From Alphaproteobacteria bacterium (GTDB taxonomy: Bacteria; Pseudomonadota; Alphaproteobacteria; UBA828), in NCBI GenBank assembly GCA_965214705.1, contig CBDCCI010000002.1, positions 224,001-288,000 of the forward strand: a DNA stretch of 64,000 nt, written 5' to 3'. Positions 47,125 to 57,089 of this stretch are shown one piece after another. The notes below the pieces were generated by a model, which did no database searches, was not told the origin of the DNA, and worked only from the letters and a program-made list of their open reading frames with translations. A program made the translations under genes and the position numbers. Within the stretch, counting starts at the first letter, position 1; each line of letters opens with the position of its first letter.

Positions 47125-48200
47125 TTTTGACCCCAGGGCGCCTTGGTGTCGTGGCCTATGATGCCGAGCACATGAGCCTGCGTGCCATCGTCATCGATGG
47201 CGCCGCGGATGGTCTTGCCGTCGATGGCCAGCGCGCTGTCGCCCGAGCCGTGGGCCTCGTGCCAGGCCCTGAGCGCGGCGTCGAGCTGGACCGGATCGAC
47301 GCGGATCAGCAGGCTGCGCATCGCCGACAGGCTGGGCGGGCGGTACCGGCCGTCGCGGCGGCGCACGCGGAAGCGCTGCAGCACCCTGGGACTGAGGTCG
47401 TCGACCCATTCGCTGATCGCCTTGTAGCCGCGCATGCCACAGAACGTCGCGGCGGCGGCGAGCGCCAGTACCGTCGGCAGCGCATGGCGCCGGCCCTGGC
47501 GGCGGCGGGGATCGTCGATGCCCTGGAAGAACTCGGGGAGGGATCGCATCTGTGCGGCGGTGAGCGTCATCTTCGGCACTCCATGTCGCAGGCGGGGGTC
47601 GAGATCGTCGGCCCGCAGCCGGGCCCGCGCGGTGCGGGACAGGGGAAGAAGGAACACGCGCTTGGGCCGTGCGTGCTCGCTGTAGCCGGCCCCACCGCGA
47701 GCGAAGCCGCGGGTGCGCCCGACCTCGATCCAGTTGGCCGCGCGGTAGACCGTGCCCCGGAAGAGCGCCGGGTCCACGAACGTCTCCGCCAGCAGCACGT
47801 CGTGACCGAAGCGGATCGGCCAATCCCTCACCAGACGGCGCGTGCACAAAGACAGCACCCGCGAGCCGAGATTGCGTGGACCGCCGGGGAGGATCAGGAA
47901 GCGCGAGTTGTTGGTGACCAGGTGAAGACGACCGAACTGAAGGCCGCGGTCCCAGCCAATCCAGCGATCGCGCGCACCGCACTTCAGCGCCGCTGCCGAG
48001 AAGACCGCCAACGCCAGCCATCGCCCTCGATGGTGCGCGACATAGCGCACGGTCTCGCCCATCCCCGGCACCGCGCCGAGGTAGTGGTGTGTCTGCATCA
48101 CGTCGCGGAAGCGGGCCTCGTCCTCCGCCGCCACGATGTCGACCACCACCTCCGATAGAGCTGCCACAGCTTGCCAGTCCCCACGGCTGCCTCGCGGCAC
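47112..48200 (-). CDS. DUF4338 (DruA-like) domain fused to ISAs1 transposase N-terminus
   Basis: HHYLG, RDRWIGW, NNSRFLILP, AETFVDP..GTVYRAANW, DPRRRQGRRHAL, AIDGKTIRG; start uncertain. Confidence 0.86.
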   Translation of the reverse strand: MPRGSRGDWQAVAALSEVVVDIVAAEDEARFRDVMQTHHYLGAVPGMGETVRYVAHHRGRWLALAVFSAAALKCGARDRWIGWDRGLQFGRLHLVTNNSRFLILPGGPRNLGSRVLSLCTRRLVRDWPIRFGHDVLLAETFVDPALFRGTVYRAANWIEVGRTRGFARGGAGYSEHARPKRVFLLPLSRTARARLRADDLDPRLRHGVPKMTLTAAQMRSLPEFFQGIDDPRRRQGRRHALPTVLALAAAATFCGMRGYKAISEWVDDLSPRVLQRFRVRRRDGRYRPPSLSAMRSLLIRVDPVQLDAALRAWHEAHGSGDSALAIDGKTIRGAIDDDGTQAHVLGIIGHDTKAPWGQKKSA

Positions 48201-48618
48201 TCATATCAGGACACGGGGAGCAAGTCCACTATTTCAGGCAACTCGCTGGCCGGCCTAGCCAAAGGCTGAAGTACAAATCCGCCCTGCACCGCCCGATTCT
48301 CCCTTCCGGGACCCCGAGGAGTTCGAGACATGGGAAGAAACCCCGGACCGCATTTTTTTCTCGCCACGAGGGCCGAGCGCAGATGGTCGGCGATAGCACT
48401 CGAGTCCCGGCGCATGATCCCTGTTAGCGGCCCGATGTGGCGCGACGCAGGATGGCCGCTCCCGGGGATATGCCAGCCGCGAAGCGATCGACAGCGAAAC
48501 CGCCAGGTTGGCCGCCACGGAGAAAACCGGGAAGCAGACCCGCTCACCCATATGGCGCCTCCTGCGGCGCGGACGCGCGAAGGCCGCAAAGGACTGGAAC
48601 TGGAAGAAGGAAACTATC

Positions 48619-49155
48619 ATGGCCTGGCAGGGATCGTTGGACGGCCTTTGCGGCCCCTACGCGATCGTCAACGCCTATCATCAGTGCGATATCGAGGAGG
48701 ACTGGCTGGGCCAGGACATCTTCGAAATCGCGTGTTCGGCCATCGGCGACTGGCCGGACGAGCTGTGGGAAGGAACAACGTTCCGGCAGATGAGAACGAT
48801 GCTCAAAGCCTGCCAGGAGGCGCTCAGGAATGCCTACGAGGAAGCGGACTGCGAGTATCCGATCGAGATCGAGTATCCCTTCCGCAGGAAGGCGCCGCGC
48901 TCCAGGAAGAAATTCCGGAAGCGGCTTCACAGGATATTTTCCCGCGATGAAGTCATCTGCGGAATCGTCGGCATGGAGAATCCCGCCGCCCACTGGTTCT
49001 GCTTCGTCAAGCTGAAGAAGGCTCTGATCGTCTTCGACACGGCGCCCCCGAGCTTCGGCGGAAAGAGCCGCGTCAGGCTGGAAGATCTCCATGTCGGCGC
49101 AGACGGGAAGAAGAAACTTGTCGTTCAACCCCAGAGAGCTGATCGTATTCTGTGA
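48619..49155 (+). CDS. Hypothetical protein, possible papain-like cysteine-peptidase fold
   Basis: QGSLDGLCGPYAIVNA, HWFCF, LIVFDT give Gln/Cys-His-Asp order; AAGGA RBS. Confidence 0.6.
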   Translation: MAWQGSLDGLCGPYAIVNAYHQCDIEEDWLGQDIFEIACSAIGDWPDELWEGTTFRQMRTMLKACQEALRNAYEEADCEYPIEIEYPFRRKAPRSRKKFRKRLHRIFSRDEVICGIVGMENPAAHWFCFVKLKKALIVFDTAPPSFGGKSRVRLEDLHVGADGKKKLVVQPQRADRIL

Positions 49156-49264
49156 GGCATGACCCTGTCGGCGCAGACTTGTGCGTCGAGTGATTGCCTG
49201 TCGGTTGGGGCCGCCGCCGCGTGAACCAGCTGCACCCGGGACATGTTGCGTGAGGATTGAAGAG

Positions 49265-51919
49265 ATGCCGCGCCGGACAGTCATCGCCCACAGCCGGCTC
49301 AGAATGCGGGAGCTGCGGCTGGACGCGGCCCGGAAGCGGCGGCACGGGCTTCAGATCATGGCCTTCGAGCAGCTCGCGGCGCGGCTCGCGGGCGGTCTTG
49401 CGCAGCCCGTCGATGACGATGCGCTGCAGGAAGCGATCACGGCCGTCCTGCCGGAAACGGGTCTGGGCGAGCTCGACGGTATCAAGGCGCTGCCCGGCAT
49501 GACGGGTGCCGCAGCCGACACCCTGCGCAAGGCGTGGCGGGCCGGCCTCGACCTTCAGGCCCGGGCCGGCGAGCATCCGCGCCTCCGGTCCATCGCCAGC
49601 CTCGAGGCGGCGGTCGTGGAGATGTTGCCGACAGCGATGATGCGGCCCGCCGACCTAGTCGCAGCCGGGCGCGCGCGGCTGGAGTACGCGGCGGCGCTGT
49701 TCGGGCCTATCGAGATCGTCGGCATCACCGAGCTATCGCCCGTCTGGCGGCCCCTGCTGCACGCCATCGCCCACCGCGTGCCCGTGCGCTGGAACGCCGG
49801 CCCCCGGCCGGTGCCCGATTGGCTCGACGGGGAGGCTATCGAGATTGTGCGGGACGAGCCGGAGTCGCCGCACATTTCTGCCGTGAGCGCGGCCACTGCC
49901 TACCACGAAGCGGTCGAGGCCATGCGCTGGGCGCGCCAGCTTCTGGCGTCCCGCAGGGCTGAGCCCGCCGACATCGCCATCGCCTCAGCCGCGCCCGCCG
50001 ACTACGACGACCATCTGTTTGCCCTGCGCGCCGACGCCAATCTCGACCTGCACTTCGTGCACGGCGTCACGGTCACGGCCAGCCGTGAAGGGCAGGCGGC
50101 CGCGGCGCTCGCGGACATCCTGCTGCGCGGCCTCTCCCAGACGCGGATGCGCCGGCTCAACACGCTGCTGAGGGCTTGGCGCGGCCCCTTCGCGGACCTG
50201 CCCGATGGCTGGACGCGCATCCTTCCGACCGGCGCGCCGCTCTCGTCGGCCGAGGCCTGGACGCGCCTGATCGACGGGCTGAGCGCCCCGGACTGGGCGA
50301 ATGGAAACGACCACGGCCCGGCGCTCGCCGCCATCGTGGACCTGCTGTCCCGGGGCATCGAGGCCGCCGGTGACGCGGGCGAGACGCTGCTGCGCGGCCA
50401 TGCGCGCGAGATCTGGCGGCGCGCGCTCGCCGCGGGCGCTGCCGCATCCCTCGACCTCACCCTGGAGACAGTCAAGCAGGACGACGGCATCGATCCCTGC
50501 GTCTCGGCCTGCTGGATGCCGGCGAGCGCGCTTGCGGCATCGCCCCGGCGCTTCGTCCGGCTGCTCGGCCTCAACTCCGCGCGCTGGCCGCGCGCCATGG
50601 CGGAGGACCGCCTTCTCTCCGATCACATCGTGGCCACTGCCGAACTCGATCCGCTGCCAGTCGCCGCCGCCGACAGGCGCGACTTCGCGACCATTCTGGC
50701 GACGACGGAGAGGGAGATCGTGCTGTCTCGCGCCCGCCGCGACGAGGAGGGCAGGCTGCTCGGCCGCAGCACCGTTCTTCTCCAGGTCGGCGCTGGCGAC
50801 ACCTACGTGCCGCGCAACCGCGTGCCCGCGCACGCCTTCAGCGAGACCGACCGGCTCATGGCCCGGCCGGAAGAGTTCCGCGCCCTGCCGCAGGCCGTCG
50901 CCGCCTCGGACTGCTGGTTCGACTGGCTGCGCGCGGAGGTCACGCCGCATGACGGCGCCGTCCGGCCCGATCATCCGGTGATCGAAGCCATCCTCGAGCG
51001 CACCCAGTCCGCGAGCTCGCTGCGTCAACTTCTGCGCAATCCCCTGGGGTTCGTCTGGCGCTACGGGCTGCGCTGGCGCGCGCCCGAGAGCGGAGAGGAA
51101 CCCCTGGTGCTCGATGCGGTCGCCAAGGGCGATCTCGTTCATCGCACTCTCGAGCGGGCGCTTCAGGTGCTGGAGGCGGACGGCGGCCTTGCCTGCGCTT
51201 CGGAGAAGCGGATCGCCGACGCCGTGGACGCCGTCGCCGCCGAGATCGCGGCATCCTGGGAAGCCGAACAGGCCGTTCCCCCGCCCGTCATCTGGCGCCA
51301 CACGATCGAAGAAGTGCGCGCGCTCGGCAGCCGGGCGCTCGCCTTTCAAGACGAGAACCTTGCGGATGCGGCCGCCCATGGCGAGGTGCCCTTCGGCGGG
51401 GCGGAGCGCAAATCGGACGCCGCGGTCCCCTGGGACGCCGAGGCGCCGGTGGAGATTCCCGGCACGGGGTTTCGTATCGCCGGATACATCGACCGCCTGG
51501 ATATCTCCGCCGATGGCCGCCACGCACTGGTGCGCGACTACAAGACCGGCCATGTGCCCAACGACGACATCGTGCTTGATCGCGGCAGGGAGCTGCAGCG
51601 CTGCCTCTACGCCTTCGCCGTGAGGGCGCTGCTGGGCAACGAGGTGTCCATCGCGGCATCGCTCCTCTATCCGCACGAGGATCGGGACCTGCGGCTGGAC
51701 GACCCCGACGACGCGCTCCGCACGCTCACCGGACATCTGCAGGCCGCCCGCGCCAATCTCGCTTCCGGCGGCGCGGTGATGGGCGCGGACACTGGAGATA
51801 CGTACGACGATCTCGCCTTCGCACTCCCGGCCAACGCCGGCGCCATCTACCGCCCGAGGAAGGAGGCTTCGGCCACCGCGCTCCTGGGAGATGCCGCGCG
51901 GGTGTGGGAGGCCGCGTGA
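49265..51919 (+). CDS. AddB-like protein with PD-(D/E)XK nuclease domain
   Basis: Degenerate helicase-like N-terminus; SASSL..LRNP, KGDLVH, GEVPFG, GYIDRLD, VRDYKTG, LQRCLY. Confidence 0.88.
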   Translation: MPRRTVIAHSRLRMRELRLDAARKRRHGLQIMAFEQLAARLAGGLAQPVDDDALQEAITAVLPETGLGELDGIKALPGMTGAAADTLRKAWRAGLDLQARAGEHPRLRSIASLEAAVVEMLPTAMMRPADLVAAGRARLEYAAALFGPIEIVGITELSPVWRPLLHAIAHRVPVRWNAGPRPVPDWLDGEAIEIVRDEPESPHISAVSAATAYHEAVEAMRWARQLLASRRAEPADIAIASAAPADYDDHLFALRADANLDLHFVHGVTVTASREGQAAAALADILLRGLSQTRMRRLNTLLRAWRGPFADLPDGWTRILPTGAPLSSAEAWTRLIDGLSAPDWANGNDHGPALAAIVDLLSRGIEAAGDAGETLLRGHAREIWRRALAAGAAASLDLTLETVKQDDGIDPCVSACWMPASALAASPRRFVRLLGLNSARWPRAMAEDRLLSDHIVATAELDPLPVAAADRRDFATILATTEREIVLSRARRDEEGRLLGRSTVLLQVGAGDTYVPRNRVPAHAFSETDRLMARPEEFRALPQAVAASDCWFDWLRAEVTPHDGAVRPDHPVIEAILERTQSASSLRQLLRNPLGFVWRYGLRWRAPESGEEPLVLDAVAKGDLVHRTLERALQVLEADGGLACASEKRIADAVDAVAAEIAASWEAEQAVPPPVIWRHTIEEVRALGSRALAFQDENLADAAAHGEVPFGGAERKSDAAVPWDAEAPVEIPGTGFRIAGYIDRLDISADGRHALVRDYKTGHVPNDDIVLDRGRELQRCLYAFAVRALLGNEVSIAASLLYPHEDRDLRLDDPDDALRTLTGHLQAARANLASGGAVMGADTGDTYDDLAFALPANAGAIYRPRKEASATALLGDAARVWEAA

Positions 51920-54900
51920 TGGCCGGCGGGCGACTGGATCTCTCCGACGACGCCGCCCGGCACGCCGCCATTGCGGTCCACGACCGCTCCTTCCTTGTCG
52001 AGGCCGGCGCAGGCTCGGGCAAGACCGCGGTCATGGCGGGCCGTATCACCATGCTGCTGGCAGGCGGCGCCGAGCCGAGGTCGATCGCCGCCGTAACGTT
52101 CACCGAGTTCGCCGCGAGCGAGTTGCTGATCCGGGTACGCGCCTTCGTGAGCAGACTTGCTGTCGGCGACATCCCGGTCGAGCTTCGGGTGGCCCTGCCG
52201 GACGGCCTGTCGGAAGAGCAGCGCGGCAACCTCGCCGAGGCGGACGCGGCGCTCGACGAGATGACCTGCTCGACCATTCACGGTTTCTGCCAGCGCCTCA
52301 TCGCGCCCTATCCGGTCGAGGCCGACATCGACCCCGGCGCCGCCGTCATGGACCGCGACCAGGCGGAACTCTCCTTCGCCGAGATCGTCGACGCCTGGCT
52401 GCGGGAGGAATTGGACGGCGGGGCGAGCGGCCTGCTCCCCGAGTTGGTCCTGCGCAATCCAGGCGCAACCGTCGGGCTGATCCGCACCGTCCTCGACCAT
52501 CTCCGCCGCCATCGGGAATTCTCCCCCTACGAACTACAGGACATGGATCAGCTCGCGACGGGGTTTCGGGCAGCGGTAGGCGACTTCGGTACGTTCCTCG
52601 ACGAGGCGGAGGCCGAGGAGCCGGAGACCGCCACCATCGCCGGCCACTTTCAGTCGCTGGCCGGGGAGGTCGCCGCCGCGCTCCCGGTCGAAACGCCGGC
52701 CGCGCTCGTCGCGCTGTTGCTCATGGCGCCCCACGACGATCTCTGCACCGGATCGGGCTCCCTTCGTGCGTATCGCAAGAAGGGAAAGTGGGGAGCGGCT
52801 GCGAGGCGCGCTGGCCTGGCCAAGGCCGATGCCGATCGGCTGAACGACGCCGCCAGTGCTCGCTACGCCCGTTGCTGCGCGACGTGGACGGCCTTCCAGC
52901 AGGCCATCGCCACGCATGTGCTCGCCGATCTCGTGCCCCTGGTCCAACCCATCGTGGGCCTCTTCCGCGAGCACAAGCGCGCCGCCGCGCTGCTCGACTT
53001 CGACGACCTGATATTCTCGGCGCGCGATCTTCTGCACGGCCACGACGACGTGCGCCGAGCGCTGGCCGCGCGCTATCGCCACGTCCTCGTCGACGAGTTC
53101 CAGGACACCGACCCGCTCCAAACCGAGATACTCTGGCGGCTCTGCGGCGAGCCGCCTCCCGGTGGCGACTCCGACGACTGGGCGGCATTTGTACTGCGTC
53201 CGGGCGCGCTCTTCCTCGTCGGCGATCCAAAGCAGGCCATCTACCGCTTCCGCGGCGCCGACATCGCGGCCTATGTCGGGGCGCGGGAGGCGTTTCGGGT
53301 GCAGACGGCGGACGCCGTGCTCTCCATCGCCACCAACTTCCGCTCCTGCGCGCCGATTACCGAATACGTGAACGAGCGCTTCGAGACCGCGCTCTCCGGG
53401 GAGAACGGCCAGCCCGGCTTCCAGGCCCTCGATCCCTTCAGGCCCGCGCGGGAGGAAGGACCGTCGGTCGCCGCGCTGGACGTCGAGGTGGCTGACGAGA
53501 ACGGCAAGGCATCGGCTGCCGGACAGCGGGACGGCGAGGCCGAGGCCGTCGCCGACATGTGCGCGCGCCTGATCGGCAGCGAGACCATTCTTGACCCCGA
53601 GAGCGATGTGCAACGCTCGTGCCGTGCCGGCGACATCGCCTTGCTGGCGCCGACCGGAACCGACCTCTGGCGTTACGAGGAGGCGTTGGAGCAGCGCGGC
53701 ATCCCGGTCGCCACCCAGGCCGGCAAGGGTCTCTACCGGCGCCAGGAGATCCAGGACCTTATCGCCGTGACCCGCGTGTTCGCCGACCGCCGCGACACGC
53801 TCGCGCTCGGCGCGCTGCTGCGCGGGCCGCTGGTGGGGCTCACCGAGGAAGAGCTGCTCGACATCGTCTGGGCCTTGCCGCGTGCCGACGATGCCCCCGG
53901 CGATCTGCCGCGCCTCGACCTGCGTGTCGCCCCGAAAGCCATCGAGAACCCTCTCGCGCGGGACATCATAGAGAAGCTTCAGGCCCTGCAACGCCGGGTG
54001 AACGCGACCACGCCGCATGCGCTTCTCTCGCAGGCCGTCGACGTGCTGCGCGTCCGGCCCATCCTGCTGCGGCGTCATCGGGGCCAGGCCGAGCGCGCAT
54101 TGGCCAATGTCGATCTCTATCTCAGTTTCAGCCGGGCCTATGCGGTGCGGGGCTTGCGCGCCTTCGCGGAGGCAATGACGGCCGCGTGGAGCGACGAGGC
54201 CCGCGCTGTGGAAGGCCGCCCCGACGCCCAGGAGGACGCGGTGGCGCTCTACACCATGCACGCCGCCAAGGGACTGGAGTGGCCCATCGTCGTGCCCATC
54301 AACACGATGACGCGGGTGAGGACGCCCGGGAGCGCCGTCACCGACCGCGCCAGCGGGCGATTCTATTGCCCCGTGCTCGGCGTGGCCCCGACGGGCCACG
54401 AGGCGGCCCGCAAAGACGAGGGGGAAGAACTCGGTTGCGAACGGGTGCGCCTTTGGTACGTCGCAGCCACGCGGGCGAGAGAACTCCTCGTTCTGCCCAG
54501 GCTCGATGTCGCTGCCGCCGATTCGGCCTGGCTCTCTGTCGTCGAATTGGGATTAGAGGCGCTACCCGCTCTCGACCTGGAGCGTCTCCCGCCCGAGATG
54601 GATGCTGGCGAGCCTGAGGCGGAAAACGCGCAGACGCGCGAGTCCTTCGCCGCCGAGGCTGCCGCGATCGCCGCGCGCACGCACCGCATCGTCTGGCGCG
54701 CGCCGAGCCGGGACGAGGACACCGCCCGGCCGGTGCTGTTGGAGGAACAGCCCGCCATCCTCGCGACCGACGGCGATGGCGCGCCGGCGGATGGCAATGC
54801 CGCGGCCGCGATCCAGGGCGGGCGCGAGCGCGGCACCATCCTACACAAGCTGATCGAGGAGGTGCTTACCGGCGAAACCGCTGAAGAGGAGACGGCCGTT

Positions 54901-55323
54901 CCCGCCCGCGCCGAGATTCTGATCCGGGCCCTGGGCCGACCCGTGACCGACGATCCCGCGCAGGGCCTTGCGCCGGCGGAGCTGGCGGGCTGTGTGCTCC
55001 GCGCCCTTGCGCTGCCCGAGGTCGCCGCTCTCAGGCCGGGGCTCGTGCCGGAGCTCCCGGTCTACGGCTCCACTGAGACCGGCAGCCAGGAGGAAGCTAC
55101 GCACGGCATCGTCGACGCCATCGCCTTCGATAAGGACGGCGCGCCGAAGGTCGTCATCGACTGGAAGAGCGACGTCGACCCCACACCCGACACCCTCGAC
55201 CACTACCGAGCCCAGATCCGCGCCTACCTCGACATGACCGGCGCGGCGCGTGGCTTGGTTGTGTTCGTAACGTCCGGAGTCGTAGACTCGATTATGCGGG
55301 AGGACGGGGACTCTGGACATTGA
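51919..55323 (+). CDS. AddA/RecB-like UvrD helicase-nuclease
   Basis: EAGAGSGKT, VTFT, STIHGFC, VDEFQDT, VGDPKQAIYRFRGAD, TNFRS, TMHAAKGLEWP, YVAATRA, GIVDA..IDWKSD; TGATG coupling. Confidence 0.93.
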   Translation: MAGGRLDLSDDAARHAAIAVHDRSFLVEAGAGSGKTAVMAGRITMLLAGGAEPRSIAAVTFTEFAASELLIRVRAFVSRLAVGDIPVELRVALPDGLSEEQRGNLAEADAALDEMTCSTIHGFCQRLIAPYPVEADIDPGAAVMDRDQAELSFAEIVDAWLREELDGGASGLLPELVLRNPGATVGLIRTVLDHLRRHREFSPYELQDMDQLATGFRAAVGDFGTFLDEAEAEEPETATIAGHFQSLAGEVAAALPVETPAALVALLLMAPHDDLCTGSGSLRAYRKKGKWGAAARRAGLAKADADRLNDAASARYARCCATWTAFQQAIATHVLADLVPLVQPIVGLFREHKRAAALLDFDDLIFSARDLLHGHDDVRRALAARYRHVLVDEFQDTDPLQTEILWRLCGEPPPGGDSDDWAAFVLRPGALFLVGDPKQAIYRFRGADIAAYVGAREAFRVQTADAVLSIATNFRSCAPITEYVNERFETALSGENGQPGFQALDPFRPAREEGPSVAALDVEVADENGKASAAGQRDGEAEAVADMCARLIGSETILDPESDVQRSCRAGDIALLAPTGTDLWRYEEALEQRGIPVATQAGKGLYRRQEIQDLIAVTRVFADRRDTLALGALLRGPLVGLTEEELLDIVWALPRADDAPGDLPRLDLRVAPKAIENPLARDIIEKLQALQRRVNATTPHALLSQAVDVLRVRPILLRRHRGQAERALANVDLYLSFSRAYAVRGLRAFAEAMTAAWSDEARAVEGRPDAQEDAVALYTMHAAKGLEWPIVVPINTMTRVRTPGSAVTDRASGRFYCPVLGVAPTGHEAARKDEGEELGCERVRLWYVAATRARELLVLPRLDVAAADSAWLSVVELGLEALPALDLERLPPEMDAGEPEAENAQTRESFAAEAAAIAARTHRIVWRAPSRDEDTARPVLLEEQPAILATDGDGAPADGNAAAAIQGGRERGTILHKLIEEVLTGETAEEETAVPARAEILIRALGRPVTDDPAQGLAPAELAGCVLRALALPEVAALRPGLVPELPVYGSTETGSQEEATHGIVDAIAFDKDGAPKVVIDWKSDVDPTPDTLDHYRAQIRAYLDMTGAARGLVVFVTSGVVDSIMREDGDSGH

Positions 55324-55376
55324 ATACAAACGTGCCGAGCCAGCGTGTAGTCTCTCGCCTGGTCGGAACGACCGCA

Positions 55377-57055
55377 GGGTGTAGGTCTGGCATGGTGATC
55401 GTAAGTCATTGATTTAGCGCGATTGGCGGGTGGCCGTAGGCAGCCAGAATCGGGTTTTCGTGACAATCGGCCGGTGCAGGGCCGGATTTTGTCACAACGG
55501 CGGCATCCAGCAGTGGTGGGTGGGAACGCTCCGCACCGCGAGATGCGGTAGGATGCCGCGCCGACAACCCAACATCAGACCCAACATCAGGAGCGTTCCC
55601 ATGCCAGTGTCGCAGTCTCTCATCGCCTCGTCCATCGACCTTTTGGGCCTGCCTGCCGAAGTCGCCGAAGCGGTCGCCCAGGTGGTGGAGTTCTGTCGCG
55701 AACAGGCTGGGTCTGACCCGTCTGCCGAGACGTTCGAAACGGTTGAGACGGGGCTGCGGGACGCCATGAACGGCTTGGGTTGCAAGCTCCTTGGGGCCTT
55801 CGCCGAGAGCCGCGACGACGGTGCGAGCCGGATCGAGCGCGACGGACAGAGCTGGGTCCGGGTGGCGGCGACGCCGAAGACGATCATGACGACGCTCGGT
55901 CCCGTGACCTATCGGCGTGCGCGCTATCGCAGCGGCGCGAGCAGCACGTCGCTGGTGCCGGTGGACGAGAGCCTGGGCCTCATCGACGACTACCTGACGC
56001 GGCCGGCGGCGCAGCTCGGGCTGATGATGATGGGCCACTGTACGCCGCGTGAAGCGGAGGAGTTCTTCGCGAAAATGGGCGGAATGACGCCGTCGGTGAG
56101 CACGCTGCAGCGCCTGGCCCTGAGCATGCATGAGCACTGGGAGAGCGTCGCCCCGGAGACGCTGGCCAGCATCCGTGAAACCCAGGGCATACCGCCCGAT
56201 GCGGTCACCGCGTCCGTCTCCCTTGACGGCGTCATGGTGGCGCTGCGGGCCGGCGAGGACGGCCGTGCCGAGGCGTGCTGGCGCGAGGCCTCTTGCGGCA
56301 CGGTCTCCTTCCACGACGCCGAGGGCCAACGGCTGAAGACCCTCTATCTCGGCCGTATGCCCGAGAGCGGCAAGGCCGCGCTGAAAGCGCAACTTGCAAG
56401 CGAGGTCGCCCATATCCGCCGTGTGAGCCCGAAGATCAGGATCGGCGCCGTCGCCGACGGGGCCGCCGACAACTGGACCTTCCTCGAAAGCCTCTCGCCC
56501 GAGACCGAGGTCATCGACTTCTGGCACGCTTGCGAGCATCTCCGCGTGGCCTCTGACCATGCGGTGGCGCGCCACTGGTTCGAGAAGCACCGCGAAATCC
56601 TGCGCCACGACCCCCGCGGCGTCGACAAGGTGATCCGGGCACTGCGCTACCTCCTGGACAGGGCAAAGGGGGACCCGGCCGAGATCGAGCGCGAGCTGGC
56701 CTTCTTCCGAAAGCACCGCCATCGGATGCGCTACCACGCCCTGAAGGAAGAGGGCATCGCCATCGGCTCGGGTGTGGTCGAGGCGGCCTGCAAGACCCTC
56801 GTCGCGCAGCGCTTGAAACGCTCGGGCATGCGCTGGCGGATCGACGGCGGGCAGGCGGTTCTGACCTTCCGCGCCCTGATCAAATCCGGCCTCTTCGACC
56901 GGGCATGGGATGCGCTCATGGACGCCCGATCCGGACCAGCTAACGACAACATCAGCCCAACCGAAGTCCTGGCACTCGCTGCTTGACCAAAATGAACCAG
57001 CCCATATCCTTTAGCGCCATCACGACTGGCATATCGCCATACGAGAATCACACCC
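55377..57055 (+). mobile_element. ISKra4/ISLre2-like insertion sequence
   Basis: IRL GGGTGTAGGTCTGGCATGGTGAT, IRR revcomp GGGTGTGATTCTCGTATGGCGAT; 8-bp TSD CGACCGCA at 55369-55376 and 57056-57063. Confidence 0.88.
55601..56986 (+). CDS. ISKra4/ISLre2-like DDE transposase
   Basis: SLDGVMV, ADGAADNW, IDFWHACEHL, IGSGVVEAACK..RLKRSGMRW; AGGAG RBS. Confidence 0.88.
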   Translation: MPVSQSLIASSIDLLGLPAEVAEAVAQVVEFCREQAGSDPSAETFETVETGLRDAMNGLGCKLLGAFAESRDDGASRIERDGQSWVRVAATPKTIMTTLGPVTYRRARYRSGASSTSLVPVDESLGLIDDYLTRPAAQLGLMMMGHCTPREAEEFFAKMGGMTPSVSTLQRLALSMHEHWESVAPETLASIRETQGIPPDAVTASVSLDGVMVALRAGEDGRAEACWREASCGTVSFHDAEGQRLKTLYLGRMPESGKAALKAQLASEVAHIRRVSPKIRIGAVADGAADNWTFLESLSPETEVIDFWHACEHLRVASDHAVARHWFEKHREILRHDPRGVDKVIRALRYLLDRAKGDPAEIERELAFFRKHRHRMRYHALKEEGIAIGSGVVEAACKTLVAQRLKRSGMRWRIDGGQAVLTFRALIKSGLFDRAWDALMDARSGPANDNISPTEVLALAA

Positions 57056-57089
57056 CGACCGCATGACTTCAGACAAAGAGGGCCCGATC

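Larger units (their letters stand above)
46233..48286 (-). mobile_element. ISAs1-family element with DUF4338 fusion (copy 2; left end uncertain)
   Basis: Right end revcomp CAGGGCGGATTTGTAC resembles copy-1 IR; CAGGGC at 46233 is only a partial match; no TSD seen. Confidence 0.75.

Noticed and set aside
49265-55323. Housekeeping chromosomal addAB
   Set aside because: Lies inside a bounded mobile element with no housekeeping neighbours, so no gene symbols were assigned
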